Of a stretch of DNA of 64,000 nucleotides, positions 49,968 to 57,811 are shown piece after piece. The stretch lies in assembly GCA_951813565.1 (NCBI GenBank), contig OX638351.1, forward strand, positions 4,717,506 through 4,781,505, written 5' to 3'. The stretch's first letter is position 1; every line of letters begins with the position of its first letter. The DNA is from an uncultured Poribacteria bacterium (lineage in GTDB: Bacteria > Poribacteria > WGA-4E > WGA-3G). The position numbers and the translations under genes are program-made. The notes beneath the pieces were generated by a model that was not told where the DNA came from, did no database searches, and worked only from the letters and a program-made list of their open reading frames with translations.

Positions 49968-50651
49968 TCAACGAACCTGTTTGAGACGTCCCCATGTTGT
50001 TGTAAGTTTGTGGCTTGGGTCAACAGCGAGCGTATCCTCTATGTTATCACCGGAAACGGTGAAATCATCAAAACTTGCTCCAGTTTCCCATCCCCAAACC
50101 CCAACTTTGCCTTTATCATAAACATTATCCGTATCTTCGATCTGTTTTTCATCATTGATATACAGCGTAAATTTGTTGTCCTCAACGACTACCTTCACAT
50201 CAAGCCATTCATCGTTTGCAATTTTGACGCCTCCAATTGCAGGTGGCTGAGAAATGTTGTCACGTGCAGCCCAACCCCCGGCTTTGTGTCGCCACAGTTC
50301 AGATATATTGCTGGGAACATTCAAATAATAGACATAATATTCCATTTCGCTTTTGGCTCGGAATACAATACCTGCCCAATTTCCCTCATCAAGTCGGATT
50401 TTCGCCTGAATGGTATAGTCGTCCCAATCTTCTTCACCAATAAGCGAATGTTCAGCTTGACCACCCTTGCTAAGCTGGTAGACACCATCTTTGATTTGCC
50501 AATTGCCGTTAGCAACTTTCCAGTCCCCGTAATCTTTCTCAAAATCCCACAGTTGTGTCCCTGCGGATGCTGGAAAAGAAATCAGCACACTACAAAGAAT
50601 GAAAAGACCCAAAACGGCTAATTTCGTCAATACGCTATAATTTTTTAACAT
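49968..50651 (-). CDS. secreted DUF1080 (3-keto-disaccharide hydrolase-like) protein
   Basis: Start moved to internal Met (MLKNYSVLTKLAVLGLFILCSVLISFPASA) preceded by an AAAGGAG SD. The ORF-track start at 50735 lacks an SD. Confidence 0.8.
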   Translation of the reverse strand: MLKNYSVLTKLAVLGLFILCSVLISFPASAGTQLWDFEKDYGDWKVANGNWQIKDGVYQLSKGGQAEHSLIGEEDWDDYTIQAKIRLDEGNWAGIVFRAKSEMEYYVYYLNVPSNISELWRHKAGGWAARDNISQPPAIGGVKIANDEWLDVKVVVEDNKFTLYINDEKQIEDTDNVYDKGKVGVWGWETGASFDDFTVSGDNIEDTLAVDPSHKLTTTWGRLKQVR

Positions 50652-50809
50652 TTTAACTCCTTTCTTTTTGTCAAATTCTACGATCTTAATATACATAAGA
50701 TATGAATTGAGTTTCACTTGGTGCGTCCTGTTCAATTATATCCTGTTGTAGTGCATGGTCCGCTTGCACAACGAGGAGACAAACATTGAAGTATTCTCCA
50801 ATGCAACAA

Positions 50810-50947
50810 CAAAAACCCGCGACGATATGCCTCGTTTGATAACGAAGCACGTGCGGGCACAAAAATATCGCAGCATATAAATCCTGCAATAAGACCTTGT
50901 GATATATATGAAAAATTAACGAATTTTCGGGGGGGGGGGGGGGGGGG
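50810..50947 (-). promoter_or_regulatory. second copy of the conserved upstream cassette with poly-G(19) tract
   Basis: See 30464-30590. G-run 50929-50947; possible -35/-10 (TTGCAG-16-TATTTT) inside the conserved palindrome on the gene-sense strand. Confidence 0.6.
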
Positions 50948-51513
50948 TATAATGAAGCTCTGGTTAAAACAAATCCAGCGGGTATTGTGCAAAAACAATC
51001 CTGTTCAGAAAGTAGGAACCCTACGAACTTATTTCCGATTGACGATTTCGCATATCTATACTTCATTTTATCCTCAGGTATCCAGTACTAAACTGCGTGG
51101 CATTATAATATTCTATTCGCGTCATGCGATTTGTAAAATTCATTATACTTAACATCTTGTAGAATGTCAACTTTTCTTGAAAATGGGTGTGTAAATATTT
51201 TGGCATTAACCATGTCATTTTCTTGTTGGAGGGCTTCGTCCGCCCGATAAATCCAAATCAACGCCTCATGCGCGTATGGCATTCACATTAAACACCGCTA
51301 ACCTTAAGAAAATGTCCAGGTGTTTTTAGATTTTACTGTAATCTGAAAGTATAGAGCTGGACACCTGTTCTTACAGAAGATAGGCATTTAACAAACGATT
51401 GAAAATATGGAGAACTAAATGACCTGTGAAATTGAGTATGTAAAATTGCCATGAAGAATTACGGAGACTGTGTGTCGGACATGAATGTGCGGATTCGAGG
51501 TCATACTCATTAT

Positions 51514-53172
51514 TTATCTTCTTTCCTCTATGACAAGCACTTGATTCGGCTTAACGTTTTTAAAGGTTTCAATATGTCCACAAACCCAGTGAACTGTAAC
51601 TGAGCCAACCTGCTTGATATCTCCTAATCCGAAGTGTAGGCGTAAGTCGTTCTGACTAAGATAACCCGATCCGCTTTTGACCTCTCTTATTTGTGACGAT
51701 TTACCTGCCGTAACAGTCACACGTGCCCCAATCGCATCACGCGTACAATGTGTGCCAACCAACTTTAGACTTAACCAATTCCCAAAATTACCGCCATCAT
51801 TCCGTAAAACGGTAGGACTATCTTTCAAATTAGCGACAACTATATCTATGTCGCCATCATTATCAATATCTCCGAACGCTGCACCGCGACTTACCTTTGG
51901 TGGCACATTGACTTCAGCTATTTCAAAGATGGTACCCCGATTGTTCCAAAAAAGTTGATTTACTTGGGCATACTTGCCAACTGGATCAATCTCCGCGATA
52001 TTGTCATCAAGGTGACCGTTAGCGACGAACAGATCAAGCCAACCATCATTGTTAAAATCCACAAAATCGACACCCCATGCCAAATAGGGCAAACTCTTTT
52101 CACCTATTCCTGTGGCGAAGCTAAGATCGTTGAAAAACCCGTTTTGTGAGTTATGATACATGTTATTCACTTGGTCTTGAAAGTTAGTTATAACGATATC
52201 CAAAAAACCATCGTTGTCAAAATCACCGAGGTTAGCACCCATGCCGCTAAAGGCGCGTCCATCTTCACTCAAGGCAACCCCTGCGAAAAGTGCATCTTCA
52301 GTAAATGTTCCGTTGCCATTGTTTAGATAGAGAAGATTGGGAGTGGTATCATTTGCAACAAAGATGTCAATGGCACCATCATTATCAACGTCACCGCAAA
52401 CAACACCCAATCCTTTGCCAGGTAATGCAGTAATCCCTGCTTTTTTTGTCACATCAGTAAATGTTCCGTTGCCGTTGTTATGGTAAAGTCTATCTGATTC
52501 ACCTTCAAGGGCTTCAGGGGTACAATAAGTTCGAATACCATTTCGCGAGCATATCGGATTCGCATCCAGGTCAAATTTGACATAGTTGACAACATAGAGG
52601 TCCAAATGCCCATCTGCATCATAATCAAGAAACGCACACCCGCTGCTGAGTTGATTGCCGCCAATGCCTGTGTGACCAGTTACATTTGAGAACGTACCGT
52701 CTCCATTATTTTCATAAAGCACATTCGGGCCGTAGTTTGTTACATAGATATCCATGTAGCCATCGTTGTTGTAATCACCTACGCAACATCCTAAACCGTA
52801 ACCTGTGTCACCTACAGACGCTGCAGATGTCACATCAACATATTTACCATTATCATTGCGATAAAGCGTATTTTTAGAGGCAGTTGGAGAGGCTGTACTG
52901 GTTAAATCTCGCCCATTCACGAGATAAAGATCTAAATCGCCATCGTTATCAAAGTCGATGAGTGCGATTCCTCTTCCGAGTGGTTCAATGAAGTATTTTT
53001 TCCCACTTTCGCCATTTACATCATAAAATTGGATACCGATTTCTGTTGTAACATCAGTAAACCGTACTTTTTCATTTTTATAAGTAGCTTCCTGTGCCTT
53101 GCAACTGTTTCCTTCGGATATCAATAACGCGATAGACAATATCGTGAGAAATATTAAATGTTTATACTGCAT
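51514..53172 (-). CDS. secreted FG-GAP-repeat protein with C-terminal ASPIC/UnbV domain (CRTAC1-family-like)
   Basis: Repeated FxDxDxDGxxDL calcium-binding FG-GAP units (DFDNDGDLDLYLVNG, DYDADGHLDLYVVN, DIDNDGDIDIVVAN) and C-terminal GSGYLSQNDLRLHFGLGD. Start placed at MQYKHLIFLTILSIALLIS (signal peptide); the ORF-track start at 53325 is probably upstream read-through. Confidence 0.8.
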   Translation of the reverse strand: MQYKHLIFLTILSIALLISEGNSCKAQEATYKNEKVRFTDVTTEIGIQFYDVNGESGKKYFIEPLGRGIALIDFDNDGDLDLYLVNGRDLTSTASPTASKNTLYRNDNGKYVDVTSAASVGDTGYGLGCCVGDYNNDGYMDIYVTNYGPNVLYENNGDGTFSNVTGHTGIGGNQLSSGCAFLDYDADGHLDLYVVNYVKFDLDANPICSRNGIRTYCTPEALEGESDRLYHNNGNGTFTDVTKKAGITALPGKGLGVVCGDVDNDGAIDIFVANDTTPNLLYLNNGNGTFTEDALFAGVALSEDGRAFSGMGANLGDFDNDGFLDIVITNFQDQVNNMYHNSQNGFFNDLSFATGIGEKSLPYLAWGVDFVDFNNDGWLDLFVANGHLDDNIAEIDPVGKYAQVNQLFWNNRGTIFEIAEVNVPPKVSRGAAFGDIDNDGDIDIVVANLKDSPTVLRNDGGNFGNWLSLKLVGTHCTRDAIGARVTVTAGKSSQIREVKSGSGYLSQNDLRLHFGLGDIKQVGSVTVHWVCGHIETFKNVKPNQVLVIEERR

Positions 53173-53407
53173 AAGATGTATATGTGTAATGGAAAAAAGA
53201 GGATAATTGTATAAAGGAGATAGGACCCACTTTTTGTGAGACAACTTTTTGAATATAGAGGTACTTTGAAATTTGGGAAAATCCTGAAATTGATTAAAAA
53301 TTTTAATGTTCACGTTAGCGTACAACGCATTTTTTTATAGAATCTGATATAATATACAGAAAAATATTTTTATGGGCAAATTTGTATAGCGGTGTTCGGA
53401 TTGAATA

Positions 53408-53843
53408 TATAGTAAAACCTATAATTAATGGGACACTTCTGTAGTGCAAACTTTATGAAGATTAATTTATTAATTCGGTCCTTCTGATCTCTTTTCTGTC
53501 TGAATCACGGATTATCGCGGAGAACGCAGAGGACGCGGAATTAAGAGTTTCTTTGTTACCGACCCGTCTCTTGCGAAAGGAAATGTAGCAGACACAAAAG
53601 CATTTTCCGCGTCCTCTGTGTTCTCTGTGCCTTCCGCGATTCAGACAACCAGATAATGCACCTCATACAAGAAAAACATAAAACAAGATGTCTATCGTTA
53701 GAAAATTACCGAAATATATTCTTAATCTTCATTTAGTTTGCGTCTCATAAGGCACAAACTAAAAGTTTGTGCTACAACTTCTATTGTCCATTATCTTTCC
53801 AAGACAAGTTTATCAAAGTGTCCCAATAATTTCAAAGTTCACT
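53408..53843. repeat. second copy of the ~165-bp repeat, split by a nested 278-bp MITE (53455-53732) with 11-bp TIRs ATGAAGATTAA/TTAATCTTCAT
   Basis: 53408-53454 and 53733-53843 are collinear with 25878-26040. The insert lies exactly inside the repeat's 24-bp stem and itself contains a ~40-bp imperfect inverted repeat (53498-53538 vs 53611-53651). Confidence 0.8.
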
Positions 53844-53848
53844 ATAAT

Positions 53849-54472
53849 TTAGTCTTGTGCATCCCTACTGAACGCAGTTTCAAAGCGTTGCCGCAATATA
53901 TCTGGGCTGGTATGCATATAGATAAGCGTTGCGTCTAAACTTGTGTGTCCTAATGCAATGCGTACCGATTCTAAATCGTGCGTAGCGCGATAGAGTTCTG
54001 TGCCGAAGGTATGGCGTAAATCGTGGGGGGTGAATCTTAGCCCTAACATTGCTGATGCTGCTTCCATGATTCGCTGAAAGTCTCGGGGTGCGAGGCGGTT
54101 TTTTGTGCGGAGCGTGCAAAACAGGGGACTGTCCACATCGTCTTTTTCGCCTTGTTCAGTTTTCCACATTAAGAAATCGTGGAGTGCGTCTCGGACATCG
54201 TTGACGAGAGGAAGTCTCCTTGAAACCTTATTTTTTGCGATTTCTGACCGGACTTCTAACGTAGTAACAATGTTTCCAAATTTGAGCACATCCCCGATAT
54301 TCATGCCGCATGCCTCAGCGTTTCGGAGTCCTGTTCGGAGGCAAAAGAGTACGAGCATTCTATCGCGTTCTCTATTTTTGAGTGTTTCTAAAAGGATTCT
54401 CTGTTGTAATTCGTCGAGTACTCGGGGTTGTTGTACTTTTTTTCTTTTTGATTTCGCCATTTGGCTCTCCAT
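53849..54472 (-). CDS. small tyrosine site-specific recombinase (catalytic domain only; FimB/FimE- or shufflon-type size)
   Basis: 207 aa; box I Arg (LRTGLRNAE), HDLRHTF (H-x-x-R), nucleophile Tyr in LIYMH. No N-terminal core-binding domain. Confidence 0.85.
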   Translation of the reverse strand: MESQMAKSKRKKVQQPRVLDELQQRILLETLKNRERDRMLVLFCLRTGLRNAEACGMNIGDVLKFGNIVTTLEVRSEIAKNKVSRRLPLVNDVRDALHDFLMWKTEQGEKDDVDSPLFCTLRTKNRLAPRDFQRIMEAASAMLGLRFTPHDLRHTFGTELYRATHDLESVRIALGHTSLDATLIYMHTSPDILRQRFETAFSRDAQD

Positions 54473-54605
54473 AAAAATTTGACGATTTTGATTGTATCAT
54501 TTTTCGTTTTCAGGGTCAACATTTTAATGACGTTTTGCACGTACAATACGTCATTAAATGCCTGTACAGTTACATTTCGTATTCTGTTATTTCTATTTTC
54601 CAACC

Positions 54606-54801
54606 GTTACCTGTTACAAATTTTTTTGATCTAACCCGCCGACAAAAATGTTGCATTTGCACTCGCAATGGTGTATGCTAATTAAAAATAATTTTTTCAC
54701 CCGTTTGTTCCATTTTTTAATTTCATATAACCTCGTCAAAAATTTGGTGTGTTTTCTTATCCCGCACATTTTCATGTCTATCTTATTTCTGTACAGGTAA
54801 C
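54606..54801. promoter_or_regulatory. candidate invertible promoter element: 13-bp inverted repeats flanking a sigma-70-like promoter
   Basis: IRL GTTACCTGTTACA (54606-54618) and IRR TGTACAGGTAAC (54790-54801), 12/13 complementary. Inside: -35 TTGCAT (54651-54656), 17-bp spacer, -10 TATGCT (54674-54679), oriented toward the + strand BMP gene at 54984. Confidence 0.45.
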
Positions 54802-54983
54802 ACCTTAAATATATTTGTGCCAATTCGTTCCATTTAACAGTTTATGTTTCCCATGTGGGATATACGTTTAATTAAGGTCCGTCTGTCAATGTTAATTTTT
54901 CAGATTGTATTTCACAAACCATTTATACTTTATAAATCTAATTCACTTCTTCAATCCAATATTTTCGAACAGGAGGAATCGTC

Positions 54984-55997
54984 TTGAAAAAAAAGTGGCG
55001 TCTTCTTATCCCTATTTTTCTTACATGCCTAATAATTATAGAAACCACCCCCGCAGCAATTAAGGTCGGTTTAATTTACGATGTGCGCGGTCGAGGTGAT
55101 CTCTCTTTTTGTGACGCTGCATACACAGGTGCTAAAAAAGCTGCTGATAAATGGGATATTAAACTTACCGAGGTTAATCCCGGACAAAGCACCGATACGG
55201 AAATAACATTGCGCCGTCTCGCAAAATTGAAATACGATCTCATCATCGGTGTCGGTTTCCTTTTTAGAGAACCGATGAACCGTGTTGCAGTTGATTATCC
55301 AAATGTCAACTTCGCACTGATTGATGCTGAAGCTGAACCTGACAATGTGGCATCACTTATTTATAAGGCGCATGAGGGGACGTTCCTCGCTGGTGTCATC
55401 GCAGCATTAAAAACAGATACAAAAAAGGTGGGGTTTGTCGGCGGTATGAAGATTCCACTCGTTGAAGCATTTGAAATCGGATTTGCGGCTGGCATAAAAG
55501 CAACTAACCCAGAGATTGAACTTCTTGTCAATTATGTTGGCGTTACCCCGCAAGCTTTTGATGACCCGGCAAAAGGAAAAGAATTAGCACTCGCACAATA
55601 TAATAAAGGGGTAGATATTATTATTGCAGCTGCTGGGGCAAGCGGATTAGGTGCGCTTGAAGCAGCGAAACAGACAAACAAATATATTATTTGGGTGGAT
55701 TCAAATGGGAACGGTTTAATTCCGGGTCAGGTACTCACAAGTATTATTAAAGGTGTAGAATTGTCTGTTTATCAGATGATAGAAAATGTTGTGTCCGGAA
55801 CTTTCACAGGTGGGCTAAAGAATTATGGTTTAAAAGAGGGTGGTATAGAATATATTGTTGATGAAGACAACAAAACGTTGTTATCTGAAGATATTTTGAA
55901 AAAGGTTGAGGAATTTAAGGCAAAGATTATTGCAGAAGAAATTGTGGTGCCGCATCTGCGTTCGCAAACCAAGTCAACCGAGAAAAAGAGGAAATAA
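54984..55997 (+). CDS. BMP-family (PnrA/Med-like) substrate-binding lipoprotein
   Basis: 337 aa; signal peptide; KVGLIYDVRGRGDLSFCDAAYTGAKKA and GVGFLF... match basic-membrane-protein family nucleoside-binding proteins. Confidence 0.8.
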   Translation: MKKKWRLLIPIFLTCLIIIETTPAAIKVGLIYDVRGRGDLSFCDAAYTGAKKAADKWDIKLTEVNPGQSTDTEITLRRLAKLKYDLIIGVGFLFREPMNRVAVDYPNVNFALIDAEAEPDNVASLIYKAHEGTFLAGVIAALKTDTKKVGFVGGMKIPLVEAFEIGFAAGIKATNPEIELLVNYVGVTPQAFDDPAKGKELALAQYNKGVDIIIAAAGASGLGALEAAKQTNKYIIWVDSNGNGLIPGQVLTSIIKGVELSVYQMIENVVSGTFTGGLKNYGLKEGGIEYIVDEDNKTLLSEDILKKVEEFKAKIIAEEIVVPHLRSQTKSTEKKRK

Positions 55998-56000
55998 TTT

Positions 56001-56960
56001 GTGGATCGACTCAAAATTGTTGTTCCCGGTGACGCACCGCCCCAAATTCAAGGATCGCCGCATCTGGAACGTTTAAAACCTTATGGCGACGTTGAAGTAT
56101 ATACGGATCGTCCAGAAACTGCAGAAGAAAAAGTCCGCCGTGCTGAAGATGCGGATATTCTCATTAATTCACGCGGAATGGTAAAATGGCACGCAGATGT
56201 ATTACCATATCTGCCAAAACTAAAACTCATCTCACTCTGCTCAATTGGCACTGATATGATTGCACTTGATGCGGCAAAAAAGAGAGGGATCGTTGTTTGT
56301 AATCAGCCCGGCAGAACTGCCCCTATTGTTGCAGAACACAGCTTCGGTTTAATGTTTGCGCTCGCGAAACGTGCCGCTTTTATGACTACATCTATGCAAG
56401 TGGGGAAATGGCCGCGTATGGATAACGTTTATTTGCAAGGTAAAACGCTTGGGATTGTCGGCACAGGACACATCGGTTCGGAGATGGCACGCCTCGCTAA
56501 ATCAATCGGGATGAACGTTATCGCATGGACATATCATCCGTCTGCTAAACGTGCGAAACAACTCGGCATCCGATATGTTTCTTTTGAGGATCTGCTGCGG
56601 ATGTCTGATGTTGTAAGTCTACACGTTAAATTGACAGATGATAGTTTTCATCTTATCGGGGAACGCGAACTTGCATTGATGAAACCGAATGCGCTTTTAA
56701 TTAATGTAGCACGTGGACAAATAATTGACACAGACGCACTTGTTCATGCACTAAACAGCGGACACCTTGGCGGCGCTGCGATTGATGTTTATGAACAGGA
56801 ACCGCCTCCCGCAGATCACCCGCTTTTAACATGTGAACAGGTAATTTTAACGCCGCATTGCGCTGATATGACGCCCGAAGGTGTTGACCTGCTTAATGAA
56901 GGCGCGGTTGACAATATCATCTCTTTTTTAGAAGGCAACCCGAAAAACGTGGTTGTGTGA
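56001..56960 (+). CDS. D-isomer-specific 2-hydroxyacid dehydrogenase (NAD-binding)
   Basis: 319 aa; GKTLGIVGTGHIGSEMARLAKSIGMNVIAW Rossmann motif; catalytic R/E/H region (NVARGQIID...TPHCA). 3-bp gap from the BMP gene suggests an operon. Confidence 0.88.
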   Translation: MDRLKIVVPGDAPPQIQGSPHLERLKPYGDVEVYTDRPETAEEKVRRAEDADILINSRGMVKWHADVLPYLPKLKLISLCSIGTDMIALDAAKKRGIVVCNQPGRTAPIVAEHSFGLMFALAKRAAFMTTSMQVGKWPRMDNVYLQGKTLGIVGTGHIGSEMARLAKSIGMNVIAWTYHPSAKRAKQLGIRYVSFEDLLRMSDVVSLHVKLTDDSFHLIGERELALMKPNALLINVARGQIIDTDALVHALNSGHLGGAAIDVYEQEPPPADHPLLTCEQVILTPHCADMTPEGVDLLNEGAVDNIISFLEGNPKNVVV

Positions 56961-57143
56961 CGATAAATCGGATAAACAGACTGTTACCTTAATATACTAT
57001 AGTTTGGACAATTTTTAGAGTTCTTAGGTAATAGTCTGCCTTAAAAGAACAACTCTTGACATCAATATCGGTTTATTGATACACCTTTCGCCCCGCTGGG
57101 GCTAAAGAGGGTTTGTTCACGATGTTTCTATAAACATTCCGCC

Positions 57144-57300
57144 CCGACAAATGCCATACGGGGAATGCCAAAAGGCATTCATACCCGGTGAATGACTAAA
57201 GACGAATGCGCTTGGTAGAATACGCTTTTGGTATTCTACATGATTCGCCATGATTCATACCGTTGATTTCTTGATTTGGCGCATTTGGCGTTGATTTGGC
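57144..57300 (+). repeat. R-150 family interspersed repeat (full-length direct copy)
   Basis: GCCATACGGGGAATGCCAAAAGGCATTCATACCCGGTGAATGACTAAAGACGAATGCGCTTGGTAGAATACGCTTTTGGTATTCTAC...GATTTGGC. Confidence 0.75.
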
Positions 57301-57412
57301 TGGGGCTGCTCTTATTTGCCATGAGGATCTTTTTCTGTGAGTTACGTCCCCGTGAAAAACTCAACGAAAAATGAGAAATACTTGAAAACAGACCATGAAA
57401 TAGTAGTTCGTC

Positions 57413-57735
57413 CGTCGGGTAGAGCGAATGCGAAACCCATAGGTGTCAACTTAAAGAAATTTACGCGTGCTAAATACCCAACTTATGAGATGACGATAGG
57501 TGCGCGTTGTAAGTGCGCTGTTTTATCTTCCTGTAGGAGCGACCTCCTGGTCGCGACATATTACGAACGGTCGCGAGCTGGAGATCGCTCCTACAAGAAG
57601 AAAATCGAGCGGACAAGGTTTCCCTCCCACAAGAGAAAATCCAGCATTTTTTCTTAAGTTTACACCTATGGGTAGAGCGACTGCGAAACCCGACACGTTT
57701 ACTCCATGTCGGATTTCGCATTCGCTCTACCCGAC
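57413..57735. repeat. dense nest of palindromic repeats upstream of the hydantoinase gene
   Basis: GGGTAGAGCGAATGCGAAACCC occurs three times (57419-57440 direct, 57670-57691 direct, 57711-57733 inverted). TGTAGGAGCGA...TCGCGAC occurs in two inverted copies (57521-57557, 57569-57600). CCCTCCCACAAGAG box at 57621-57634. Confidence 0.75.
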
Positions 57736-57811
57736 CTACACCCCACCCACAGACAAAACAGATGAAACTCAATTTCACCAAGACAAAAATTGTCCAAACT
57801 ATAGTTAATAT

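Noticed and set aside
53173-53325. Extended N-terminus (MYANVNIKIF..., 51 aa) of the FG-GAP protein as annotated in the ORF track
   Set aside because: An internal Met at 53172 begins a canonical signal peptide (MQYKHLIFLTILSIALLIS). The upstream 51 codons are Asn/Lys/Phe-rich AT-rich read-through without an SD.
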